A DNA stretch of 64,000 bases from Eutreptiella sp. 'Long Island Sound 2002' (lineage: Eukaryota; Protista; Euglenida), in assembly GCA_964036045.1 (NCBI GenBank), contig OZ038379.1, positions 30,814,001 through 30,878,000 of the forward strand. Direction: 5' to 3'. The translations under genes and the position numbers were made by a program. Positions 46,961 through 59,769 of the stretch are shown here, in pieces; position 1 is the first letter of the stretch; each line of letters opens with the position of its first letter. Under the pieces are notes generated by a model that was given only the letters and a program-made list of their open reading frames with translations, was not told the DNA's origin and did no database searches.

Positions 46961-49319
46961 TGAGTCCATCGCACTTGCAGTGCTCGTGCCCCGCAATTGC
47001 GGATATTTCGCATACACACCAGCAATCATGCAAGCCGCATCACAACACTTTGCAGGTTCAAGTCTTCTGCGCAATTGCGATCCGTACAAATAGTACGGAC
47101 AACACGGAACAGCACTTCCTGGCGCTGGCTTCCTGGTAGGACCATGTACATATGTTGTGGGATACCCGATGATGCCTCCGTGTCCTGCAAGCGATGTCCG
47201 GTGACAAGGAAGCTTTGCATAGTACGATGCACATGCTTGTACCACGCCAAAGCCGAGAGGGCAACTGCAATAAGTACAGATTTCGGCGGAGCCTGGGTCG
47301 GCATACGAGATTCAGCTCATAATTGGTACCCCATGTGTTCCCTGTTGAAGTTGTGAGGGTCGGGTTCCAACACTGTCGTTCCTATCGACCGCTTCGAGCT
47401 CAGTGTGTGCGGATTCCCGCGTCACAAGGGACCTCCCATTTGTTGGGATGAAACCAATGCCAGCTTGAACCAGTAGACTCAGAGCCACTTGAACATCCAA
47501 TGCTACATCAAAGATGGCATGGACAAACATGTCAACTAGGGAACCCAGTAGGTACAAATCCCATGACAGCAACTTCAAATGCTCAGGTAGAGGCAGCATG
47601 AGCCACAGCTGCGTCTGCAACGGTCTTCAAAGTGACCCAAAAGTCTTTGATGGTTTTGAACTTTTGCTTGTCATCGAGGGCTAGCAAATGGTCACCAATC
47701 GTAATGCCCACATGAAGGGCTACGGATAGCAATGCTTGTGTGCTAAGGTGAACACTATACATCTTTATGCCGCGACTCAAGATGGCAAGCCAAATGCAAG
47801 ATGGCTCGAAGAAGTGTCGTCCACAAGGAGATCCCATAAGAGCGGATCAGGATGCTTGGGGAGGCGCTTTAGAATGAATGTCGTTGTGGGGGCGATCCCC
47901 GGACGCAAAGGCTCTTCGAACTTCATGTCCACCACGACCGTGTCATATGATGGCAAGATGCCGCCGCGCTTGGCAACTTTCAAAAATTCATACCCAACCA
48001 CACCAAAAGCGGCTAATCCGGCAATAGCCTTGTGTGTATGGCGAAGGAAAAAAAGTTATTGTCATAGAGCAGTACTTGTGTGTACGGCGAAGGGAAAAAA
48101 AATTAATTGGGTGTGTCGTAGGCCTAGGCAACCTGCCAGGCACCTAGCTGCTCGCGGGTGTGACAGGCCGTGTCGGAGCCTCCCCAGGCAGGGGGTGTGG
48201 GCGCGTACAACCACCATTGCACTGGTGAGGAGGTAGAGTGGAGGCCTCCGTTGTTGTAGAGTATCCCCTTAGGCCACCGCATCTTTGCCAGACTGGACTA
48301 GACCTCTGCTAACCCTCTCCCCTAGCCCCCCCCCTAGTATTTAGCAGCGACTAGCTAGTCCCCTAGAGAAACCCTCCTCGGCGGCTAGCCCCCCCCAGGG
48401 GGGCCTTTGGCCCACTTCTACGGGGGGGGGGGGGGTCGCGTCTAAAAGCGAGGAGACAGCCCACCCGTGCATCCACCACTTCCTTGTGTATGTCCTCGAG
48501 AAGGTGTGCCAACTAAGCCTCTATTGAGCCCGCTGCCCGTCAAAACCACCTGCGCACTGCCCATGCCGCGGAGTCACTACACAGCCCATTCATGAGTCTC
48601 AACTGTGTACGGATCGTCGACTTGTGTGCCACCGTGTGCGGGTGCTTAACATGCAGTGCCACGTCCAACAAATGCCATAGGGTGGAGAAGTCTGTCGGGC
48701 GTAGCCATTTCCGCCATACCCTTCCCGCCGGTGCCGCCATCTTGTACACATCCCTCTCCCACATCGGGACCGCTTGCGCCAAGCGGGGGGGGCAAAAAAA
48801 TTCGCGGTATCACCGTTTTTTCATCCCCCCCCCCCCCGGGGGGGTTCCGCCCGAAAAAAAAATTCCACCCCTGTGAGTAAAAAGGTTTCACAACCCCAAT
48901 TTTTTTCTAAAGAACACCACTAGTTGCTTTTTCATATTGTGTAAGTTGAGCCTACATATTGCTTTGAGGTCCCCAAACATTCCTTATTTTGCCGGTACCA
49001 AATTGGCAGCCCTACATATCCCTGTCGGCCCAAAGTTCAGCCGCCACAAAGCGAGGGTGCTGGCCGTGGGGCCCCAAGAGTTTTGGCCTGGGGTAAAATT
49101 GGTCAAAATGACCTTCCGGTTTTTCTAGGAATAGTAGCAATAGCACCGGTAGGAAACTGAGTGTGGCATAGGTGAGGGTTCGGCAATAGCACAGGTAGCA
49201 AACTACGTGTGGCATAGGTGAGGGTTCGGGAACCCTCCTTTGCATGCCATACTACTTCATACTGTTCCCTTGTTGCAGGTTTTTTTTACGAGCCCGGTTG
49301 AATTGGCAACGTTTCAACG

Positions 49320-51030
49320 TTGGCAACACAAGCAATGTTGAACCCCAATTTGGGCCTGTTGGACATTGGTGGGGTGCAATGTAGTGGCGCTGTGAGCCCA
49401 TTTAGCGTGTTGCACCTTCCTATTTTGGGCGCCACTAACTCATACAGGACTTCTACAACGTTATTGACAGCGGCATTGTCCTCAACATCTATGCCGGTCA
49501 TGGGGCACACCCTCCTGGAGACCATTTGTGTTGCTATTGGGGAACAAACCACTTGGATCACACGAGGTGGCGGGTTGCGTGCTAGTTGCACCGGTACACC
49601 CAAGTCCTGAAAATGTTGGATTTCACCTCCTTTGAAGACACGCTATTGATTCCTTGGGATAAAGCCACAGAAACTTTGCTCCGCCTTGCAACCACCCCTC
49701 CTCCACCAACCGCGCGCGTTTGCTTTTTGATGGAGTACGAGGGTTTTTTGATTGGTGTGGGGAGCAGGAATGACCAATGGTTTTATGTTGATGTACAAGG
49801 ATCTCCCCGGCCTCCAAGTGGTGGTGCACTCTGTACCGAGTTTTCCACTCTTGTAGAGCTTGTCGACGTTGTGCTACTTCCCGATGGTTTGGCACCGACT
49901 GCCACCTCACCCAATGAAGCCCAAGCGTGCCAAATTTGGACAGTTACGGTGAGGGCCAAAATTTTGTAGGCACAGTTGCCAAGGGCACACTTGGCCGTTG
50001 TACTGTTCAAGACATCCGTCGGAAGCTTACTGAGGATTGTGCAGTTATTACACCAATGCTACGATCTGCACATATCATCGCCACTCCTGTTGATGTGCAT
50101 GAAGTGTTGTGCACCCTGGGCGTAGTGCAAACGCAACTAGTTGCGCCACCTACGTTGCAAACACCCATGCCCCCAAGTATTTCTTCGGCTTCTTCTGCGC
50201 AAATAGTGCGGCCTGGCAACAATGTGCAAGAATACCAAAAGGCTTACAATGCTTCTACTGGTGACCATTGGTTTTGCTTGTGAGGGGAAAAGTTGTCCAG
50301 ATCAGTGCGGCCAAGCATTGGCACGTTTGAGCAACACAGCAAGACCTGCCAGCAACACTTGTGCTTCATGCAAGAGAATCGCCCCCTTCAACCACGGGAA
50401 CACACATTGTTGATTTTTTCCCCGGCAAAACGGTCCAGTGGGAATCCCAGCCCGCAATCAACTTCTACCATGCCTATGGCGACAACCACCCCAATTACCG
50501 AGCAATCCATTGTGCCTGCAGAATTGCCACTCCCACCCCCACCTTGTCCGAAAAGGCTGCCATTTGGAATCAAAGATGCAAACCATTTGCACCGGGCATA
50601 TCCACTGCTACGCCACGGACATGAGAAGGCCTCATGGCATCTAGTTGATGGCTTGGGCTTGGAATCGGCAGATCCGCCGTGTACACGCGAAGGATCCTAA
50701 GATTCCACGGGGTGCATTGTACCATGTTCCCCACGTGCTGTTGTGAGGGCAAGTGTTGTGCTGCATCGTTGGATGATTGAGGCTAGAGAATCAGACAAAG
50801 GTGTACAAAATTGGAAGTTAGGCTTTGAGGCTTTGTGCATCCAGGCTGATGGTCACCGCCGTGAAAAGAGGGCCGTTAGTCAAAAGTTGGCTCGTAGTTT
50901 TCATCAATGCCAACACTTGATGAACAAATGTGCACAATCGAAAGCATTGATCATTGCGGTTGCGGACGATGATCGGCCGTTACTGCAAAGGCTCGTGGCT
51001 CGGTTCATTGGTGCCGGACATTCCCCTTAG
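49320..51030 (+). pseudogene. degenerate long ORF with a Peptidase C76 (herpes tegument deubiquitinase)-like N-terminal domain, probably transposon-borne
   Basis: GGVQCSGAV / frameshift / IQDFYNVIDSGIVLNIY...* ...FLIGVGSRNDQWFYVDVQG...GGALCTEFSTLVELVDVV follows the C76 motif order (QC; DxILxxG; FDxH; FxSxxxL). Broken frames continue to 51030. Confidence 0.35.
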
Positions 51031-51364
51031 GCAGACATGTCCAAGGTACTCAAAATTAGAACGTATACCGAGAAGGAGACTGGTAATAAGGTTTTTTTTC
51101 CTTCGCCGTACACACAAATACTGCTCTACGGTAGTCGGTTTTTTTTCCCTTCACCGTATACACAAAAACAGCTCGTTCCGTCCCTTTTGTTCTCACTACC
51201 CCTACAGCTCACTAAAAAAACTCTCCCTCCAACGACGAGTCGGAATCAAAGACATTTATGTTGCGCCGCTTTGGGGGGCGGTGTCCATGACAACTCCACT
51301 TTCTTGCACTGCCCTACACTCTCGCCGAAGAGTGTGTGTGTTTTGCACCAGATGACACCTCAAT

Positions 51365-51423
51365 GGAGGAGGAGGAGGAGGAGGAGGAGGAGGAGGAGGA
51401 GGAGGAGGAGGAGGAGGAGGAGG
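51365..51423 (+). repeat. (GGA)n microsatellite
   Basis: Direct reading. Confidence 0.95.
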
Positions 51424-52129
51424 TAGACAAAGAGGGGTCAGGCTAAGGGCCGGGGTTTTGCTCTGAATGCAGGATCTTCATTTCGCAACATACAACATTT
51501 GTATAGGAGCCCGTCTTGCCGATCTTCCGCTGGAAAGCACTTCGCAACAAACAACATTTGTATAGCACCTTGTCTTGCTAATGTGGCACTCAAAAACACT
51601 GATCAAAAGTGGCTACCTCAAAATCAATAGTGGCTACCTCACCCGTGCCTTCTCGGGGGCCTGCAAGTGGGCGGAAATGCTACCTAACTCCTGCATTCTT
51701 GGGGGTCCCGGGCAAACAGGACAAAATCAAAAATGGCTACCTCACCCTTGCCTTCTTGGGGGCCCGCAAGTGGGCGCACATGCTAACTAACCCCTGCATT
51801 CTCGGGGGTTCCCAGCAAAGGGGATAAAAATTTTGGGCCCCTTCGGCGCAACCCTATGTATGGCCCGTAGCCATTGACCCTTGGGAACTAAGTGGGCCCG
51901 GTGGGCAGGAGGGGGGGGAGGGGGGAGTCGCGTCCCCGAACCCAGGATACGGCCCCCCCGTGGGTGGATGCCGCGGCGGACCTCAGACGCGGTGGTCCCA
52001 GTTGTCTTTGCCCTTGCGCCGTTTAGCATTTCCGCCGTGGTATTGTCCACCTCCAGCGGCAAAGGCACCGCCACTCCTCACCAAGTGTCATCAAGTTGCA
52101 CGATCAACCCAGCACTCGTTCCTTTGCAT

Positions 52130-52640
52130 TGCGTCGTCTCTTGGTGGCTCGCATCTATGTACACCATCACCCACGCCCCGGGCGCCCGGTGCGTCCACCC
52201 CGACTGCGAACGGTGGCGGCAACAAAACGCCTGGGCCGACGATTATGCAGGCATCGCGGCACGGAAGAGCGCCCGGAGATACCAATCGGACCTCCCTGTG
52301 TCGTTGGGAGCGACGTATGGGTTGCGGCGTGCGGACGGCCCGGGGAGGATGGAGTGGCACATTCAAGAGCTGGTTTGAGGATCAGCCAAAGGCCTACCCG
52401 GAGGATACAATCAGCCTAGCGCCCTTGCACTTGGGGGAATGGCATCCCCCACTCCAAGCGTGTGGCCGGTGCCAGCACAAGGAAGAGGCTATGTCGAGGT
52501 TTCGGTGTGCGTGTCATCGGGAGTGGTGGCGTGCAACAGCACGGGCGGCCAGGGGCCATTGTAGAACCTCGGAAGGGGATGTACTACTGCTGGTCTCCAA
52601 CCTGCCGTGTAGTCCAACGTGCTTGGGAGAGGAGGGTCGG
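52130..52640 (+). mobile_element. non-LTR retrotransposon relic: RNase H C-terminus plus zinc-knuckle-like motif
   Basis: YTITHAPG...QNAWADDYAGIAA resembles RNase H H-x-x-G...N-x-x-AD-x-x-A. After a frameshift, CGRCQHKEEAMSRFRCAC resembles the non-LTR C-terminal Cys motif. Confidence 0.4.
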
Positions 52641-55600
52641 GGAACCCAAGACCGGGCGGTCGTCCCGTGGGGACAATATGTGGCCCCGTAGGTGATCGTG
52701 GTGCTGGAGTTTCAACGTTGGGCGCAAGTGGTGCGTCGGTTTGTGGAGAACTTGTGACGGAGTCAGGCTGGTGATGGGGCAAAACGAGGTTGAGAAGTTG
52801 GCGGTGCCGGCGTTGAAGGACCTGAAGGGTTCATGTCCGGTAGATGCGAGGGAGTGGAGGACACAATGAAGGGTGTAATATGGGGCACGGCGGGTGCAGA
52901 TGCGAGGAGACAATGGGGGCGAGAGGGTTCCGAGGGGAGACGGTAGGAGGACACGGGACCAGGACAGAAGTCAAGGCGGTCTCTCCAATTAACGCGTGGG
53001 TGGGACAGCGGGGTGGCGTAGTACGGAGTATGCCACCCCTGTCCGTCACGCAGCATAGGTCCATCGGGCGGACTCCCCAAGGGGGAGGGGGGGGCACCGG
53101 CCGCAAGAACCGTGTTGTACAACCAACCAACCAACCAACCCCTTCCCCCAAACACCCCCCAAAAAAAGTTATCCGGCTTCAGGGGGATAGAGGCCTCAAA
53201 ATCAAAAAGACCATTGGGGGATTGTTTTGTCCAGCAAAATACTTATTTTACGAGGGGTTGGACATCCAATATCATGCCCTGGGGTATGCTACGCGAATGA
53301 CTCCCAAAAGGGTATATTGGCCCGCGCCTGCAATTGATTTGACAACCTCTCTTCTAGGTGATTTAGCCTATTTCCGTTGGATCCATTAAAAAACCTGCTT
53401 TTCAGATTTTTTTTGGAAACTTACTTCTACCGTTTTTTTAACTTTTCTATGAAATTGAGTTTAGCAGGATCGAGCGAGAGATTTTTGCAGGCACACATAC
53501 GGGTGTGGTATGGTTCTACCGAAATATGCTTTCCGAGTATGTGAAGGGAATGAGCTCAACCTACAGTTTCGGCTTTCTACTCGCATGTATATTGTCTCCC
53601 CATCCCCATCACAAACTTGGATTTTGGTGTCGGACACTCCTTTCATGTGTTGTTGCTATGGTTCAAGGATCTTCACTGTTTGCAATGGTTAGAAAAGATA
53701 TTTTCTTGAATTAAACAAAAAGTACCTTAATGTTCAACACTATGATGTGACTTTTCTAGGCCTTATTGTTAAGGTTTGTCATGCATTGGACCTTTGGTTA
53801 TGCACTTTGTACATCTTTTTTCTGTGGTGTACCAGTTCAATACCATGTCTCCCAGTGTGTTGCTATGTTAGAGATATGTTCACACCTTCTTGCCTCCAAA
53901 TGGTCCCCATGCATTAGGTGTTGTGGCTGGCATTAGAACTATTTGTAGGATCTTCTAAAGACCGGTTCCACTGGATCCCGCGAAAAAAATATTTTCACCA
54001 AATGATTGTTTTTCCCAGGGACATACAAAATTTCCTAGGATTTTACACATGATCCAACACAGACGGCAGCTTAAGGGGGGAGTATCTACGTTGCGCGCGC
54101 GCCGCGCGCTACTTTTCCAATGTGTTTACCTGTAAGAGGCTGGCTTTGACACACCTCCCAAAATGCCCCCTAAAGAAAAGATAACCCTTGGGTACCACAG
54201 GACGGGGCGGAGCATTGAGGGCGGGATCTTCAAAGAGCGACAACCGACATTTGTATAGCGCCTCGTCTGGCGAGATCTGGAGCTCAAAGCATGGTCAGTG
54301 TGATGCAACAAACCCCGGGCACAAAGTGCAACTGCTTGGTCAGGCAAGACCGCTAAAGCTGCTGGCCACGAGAGCACTGTGCGCATGCCATGTCACGTGC
54401 TCCCACTAATTGGGTTCCCCATTTGGACTGCACTACCGGAGGGGTGACAAAGACCGCCGCCGCGGACCTGGAGTACAGGCCAACACTTCCAAGGCCTCTA
54501 GTTCACCCTCCCCCGCCGGGGCCGAATTGGTCTGCTCAGGCGGGTACCAGCCGAAGTTCAATTTCTAGTAGTCATTTAGTGGGGACCGTGGTTTTTTTTT
54601 CCCGGACCCCCCTCAAAACGTGTCACATATGCCCCTCATGATTGGCCCAAAAGAAAGGGGAAAACGCGACTTTTCGATTTTTGGATTGTTGATAGTCGTT
54701 TTGGCGAAATAGCAGCTTTTCAAGCGGTCTCCGCGGAAGTGGGGCTGAATTTTCTACTAGCCGCTCCGCGCGGTTTTGCCCCTTGTTGTTGCCCCTTGAA
54801 ATGATTGACCCTGGACAAAACGTTGGGAAATCAACTTTGTTTGCTTTGTTTGCACCAAAAAAATGGGGTCAAATTGGTACTAAAAGCACAATTTCAACCC
54901 GTTTGAGGGCATCCATGCGCCTCGATGCATGCATGCATGATTGCAAGAAGAAACATTGGCTAGGCTTGGTTTCTGTGGGACGTGCCTAGCGGCCATGACA
55001 CTGGTTTTTTTGGTAGTTTTTGCTTAAAAATGCATATATACCGATTGTACACCAACACATATTGGTGGCAACAATACCATCTGGCGTGCATAGGCCAAGA
55101 AGAGCCGCCGGTAGTTCTCCGTGATGAGCTCTTGTCTCACGGTGGGGGTGGGGGGACTGCAACGTGGGCCGAAGATGGAGGCTCCCATCCTCTCTAGTGG
55201 ATAGACCCGGTTGGTGTCGCACAAGCTAGCACACATCCGCCACGACAAAGTGCTGTACCACCACCATACCACCACGGATGGATGGGTACTGGGGACGACC
55301 ACCCATTGTGCTACGATGGGGGGTGCCCCTTGTGTTAGGGCTGCTTGAGGAGTGCCTTTGCAGAGGCCCTGCGGGGCCTGTGGAACTTTGGGAGACTGTT
55401 GGTGTGGGGCAACTAATGCCCCCTAACGAAGGCAGCCCCCCTGGCCCAACGGCCAGGGATGCATTGGAAAGGGGGGGGGGGTTACCCCCCCCCTCCGGGG
55501 CGCCCAGCCTATGCCCAGCTATTGTCCCCCTGACGCCAAGTGCCACCTTCAACGGCATTTGTAACTGACATGCATGGGTCGCACGGAGAGGCCCGTGTTC

Positions 55601-58600
55601 GCGTGCCGCCAAGCCATGCAGGAGCACATGCGCCGCCTAGAGGTGCACTGCAGGGGCCTATGGGCGCGGCGGCTGGCAAGGCCAGGCAGGGAGCGCCGGG
55701 AAGCCTTCCTGAACGACTACCTGCCTCGCCCCCTGGGTGGTCAGGCGCCGCTGCGCCCCTTGAAGCGGGTGCGCCTGCAGCGGCCGCGCTGCCCGCTCGC
55801 GCAGCCACCGCCGCTGGCGCGCCCGGATGGAGCTCCACGGGCGCTAGGACGCGGTTTGGGCACCGTGCGCGTATTGTGCCCTGCACACGGAGCGGCGACG
55901 TGAGCGGCGTGCGCGGCGACCACACAAGGCATTAAATGCTGCTGCTCCTCAGGCCCCGAGGGGCACCGGCTGGCGCCGGCAGCGCAACGCGCAGGGGCCA
56001 GGGCGTTGCGTGCGTGGCTTCAAGCGCCCCAGCAGGTGCACCGGTCTACGCCCCCTCCCCACGCACGGTGCTGGGCTCCCGAGAGCGGGAGTCCCCACGG
56101 GGCTCATCAAAGGATGAGCCGCCGCAGGCGCGGCAGCGCGTGCTGCCGCCGGCAGTGCTGGGGCGGAGGCATCGGCCGCCACGAGTTGGCTCTTCCTCCG
56201 ACGACGACGAGCCACCGCGCCGGAGGCCCCCTCCTAGGGCTGGGTCATCTTTTTCCCACTCTTCCCGGGCTCCAGCCCCCACCACCAACGGGGATATGGG
56301 GGCGGAGGGGCGGGCGGCATAAGGGTGGGTCAGTCACAGTCCCAACCACGGGCGAACAGCCTCAGTGGCTGTGGCCTCATGTCTCCTGGGGGCGGTGGTT
56401 GCGGGCACCCCCGCTGGCTGCGTCGTCGGCCAAGACATCACCGCCCCCCCCCCTCCACCCATGGGCACGTCCCGCGGCGGGGGCGGGGGGCAAGGACGGG
56501 GGCGCGCGAGCCTAGGGGACGTTTTTGGCTCCATCTCGGCCACGCTCATTGCTGCGGCGCGGGCGGATGGGACACAGGGTGACCCACCTCCACCCCGGGA
56601 TCGCGAGCAGCAGGGGGATGCAGGGCTGCTTTGGGCTGGGCAGGGTCAAGGTGCCTCCCCATCCCTCAGCGAGCAGGGGTAGCACAGTGCTGCAGGGCGT
56701 TCTGTGGTGCAGGCACAAGGCACAGGGGCAGCCAGAGGCTGCTGCTCTGGGTCAGGGGTGTCTTGGACAGGGCTAGGGTCGGGGACAGGGTGGTTCCCCT
56801 CTCCCCCCGGCGCGGCGCAGCCCCCCCCCCCTCCCCCCGTGGGCGGGTAGGACAGGCACAAGAGCGCGGCATTGCGACACGGGGGGGGGGGGCAGGGCAG
56901 CGCGTGGGGCAGATCGTCAGCGGTGCCCCTCGCAGCACAAGGGTGCGGCAGCCCGTCTGCCGACCCGCGGGGGGGGGGGGCTCTTGAGCCTGGGCTTCAC
57001 TCGGCAAGTGCAGTCATCGGGAGGGGGGGGCGCCCAAACCTCCGCAGCCGCACCTGCACCTGCAGGCGCGGATGGGGGAGCGCATAGCCCGAGATCTGGG
57101 CAGGGTCGCTCCTCAGAGGATCCCACATAGGATGGAGGCCCAGGTCCTTCCGTCGCGCCGCGATACGCTGGGGGGCAGGGGGGGTAAGGGCCTTATATAT
57201 CTGTATACAGCTGTATATAGATGAGCTCTCACCCGCTAGCCCCCTGATCCCCTCAATCGCACTAGCGTCCAGGACTTGAAAAGGCGAATGCCTCTTCCAT
57301 TCTAATACATCCCTGCCAACGGCTCAGCCGGCCTGCAGGGCAGAGGGGCTTTGTGCGGTCGTGAGTGTTGCGACGATGGCGGTAGCATCGGCTGCATTGA
57401 CTGCCACGGTTGGTGCCCGAGCGAGTTGAGAACCGGCGGCTAGCGCAAGCTGGTAGGGGGCGGAGGATGTTCATAAGTTTGCAGCCCGGATGGCCACCGC
57501 CCCACTACCGGCGTGGGGGCATGGCAGCCATGAGGGCCATATGCTACCCATGGTCTGCCTGCCACAGACACCTTGTGGGTGGGGAGCCATGCTTGTGGCC
57601 CCTGCTAATGGGCAGTACTACCAGGTGACTCACTAGCCTGTGGGGGCTGCCTGAGTGGGGGCTGCCGGAGAGGCCCTGGGTGGTGTTTGTTTTGGCTACC
57701 AACGTGTTGGCGATGTCCTAGATTTTGTGTGCTAACTCCCTGAACCTAGCCCTAGCGTACCCACTGATCGGGCTCCCATGGGGGAGGGGGGGGGGGGCTG
57801 GCCTGTCCGCCACACCATGTCTTCCCCCTGGGGAGCGGTGGGGGGAGGATCCTGCTACTAGTATAGCAGCAGCCGACTTCCCTGCATTTTCCAAGCCAGA
57901 CTTTCTAGTTTTCAACCCCCCCCATGTGGGTTGCGCGGGCGGGACTTGCAAGCAGAGAGCGACCTCCGTCAGCACATCTGGCAGCACCGGGCAGCATCGC
58001 TTGAGCTGCAGTTTTCTCAGTTTGCTGCCATTTTGCCACCGCACGCCCCAGTGGCACCCACTTGCGGCCTCACGGGGCAGTGGGACTGCCATTGTGCTCC
58101 CTTGACCCGTCCAACAAATCCACTTCAATGGGTTGGCATGGTGTTGGAAATTGGGAATAGCATTGGGGCTGTTGGGGGAGGGGGGAAGAGGGCAGGGCAC
58201 AGCCTTGTCGACCTTCGGCAACAGGGTAGGCAATGCATACCCTTTGGCAGGCAAGGGCGATCGTGATGAAGAGGACCTCCTGCTGCTCCTGGGCACAGGG
58301 GAGCGGTTGGAAGCTGAGGGCAACGTGCCCTTCGGACCTACAGAGTAGCACAGGGACGTTCAAATCATTGATTCATTCACCTTATCCGCAAATCGAATCC
58401 ACCTATACCTTCTCATGCAGCTGCAACATGAGATCCGGTCAACAGGTGTCAGCGCATCTCCACGACCATGAGCCACCCATCTAGCATCAATTGATCCTCA
58501 CCGACAAAGCTATCTATTTTTCTCATCGGTGAAGAAGCAACAGCTCTCAGGAATGACAGCATGGGGGTTCTTTTGTCGGCAACTGAATTGAACATTCATC

Positions 58601-59769
58601 ACTTGTGTGGGGCTCCGTTCTCACCAGCAATAGAAATAAACCCACACAGGAACAGGCAGCACACCGTCCCAAGGGGTTGAGGTACGACAAACCCAAGACC
58701 CTGATTTCTCCTCTGCTCCCTTCTTCTGCACCCCAGTGAGGAGTTGCTGCTTAAAGACAACCAGGAGCATGCAACGTGTCTGCACAATTACAGGAATCAC
58801 CCCTCGCCGACCTGATTGAAGCCTTGCGCTATGGGGGACCTGACACAATGTTTAGTCGAATGGGGGAGGGGGGCACCGCCAGTTGCAGTGAGGGTGGATG
58901 GGAATCACTCTTGACTCAAGCGCCCTGCAGCTTGTTGCCTTCTTGCAGTTGGGATCCAAGCAGTTTGTTTGATTCTCCTGGTTGAGGCTGCCTCCCTTGA
59001 AAATCTTAAGAGGTTAGTGGTCAACTACAAATGCCACCCACATTTCAACCTCCTTCTACAGCGCAGAAGCCATGCCCGCATGGACCACCTTCTTTCAGAC
59101 GGCGCGCAGCAAAGCCACCTGAAATGCGCTGTGGTTAGGGACCCATTTCTTCTTTCGCACCCTTTCCTTCGCATACTTTCCAGAGGCAGCACTGAACAGG
59201 GAAACATACGTGGCAGCGGGGGGCTGCGTTCATGTTGGTCACTGCTGCTGATAGAGAAGTCGCGGGGCAGGGGCCGCCTTGAGAAAGAGAGGAGGTGTGG
59301 GAGGCAGAGCGCAAATCAATCAGTGATACAACAAAACACCACACAACTGCCAGGCGATGCACCATGATCACCAATCCCGTCCTTCTTTGACAACGTTTTC
59401 TGTGGTCCGATGCAGGGACTGTACCTGCGCTTCCACTGGGCTTCGCATGAACCCCCATACCGCTGGGTCTGCTTGACCCTCGCAGTGCGCACAGGAGATG
59501 GCGTAGGGGTACGACGCGGTGGAGGCGGCCTCGGGGGTGGCGGTGGGGCGGGCCTGGGGCTGGGGCTGCGGGAGCCAAACGGGCTGAAACTCGGGCTCCG
59601 CGCCTTCTGCTTGGCCTTGAGCGTGGCCGCAGGACGTGCAGGGCTCTGGGAGCGGCGGCTGCTGTCGCTGCATGAAAGGGCCAGAGGGGATGGCATCCTG
59701 ATTACACCCCAGACACCCATTTGTGTGACACAATTGCAATCTCACTGTTACACACAACGCCACAACTTG

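Noticed and set aside
55936-57126. Cluster of GC-rich Pro/Arg/Gly ORFs
   Set aside because: All six frames are open because of extreme GC content; no domain or splice-consistent gene model.
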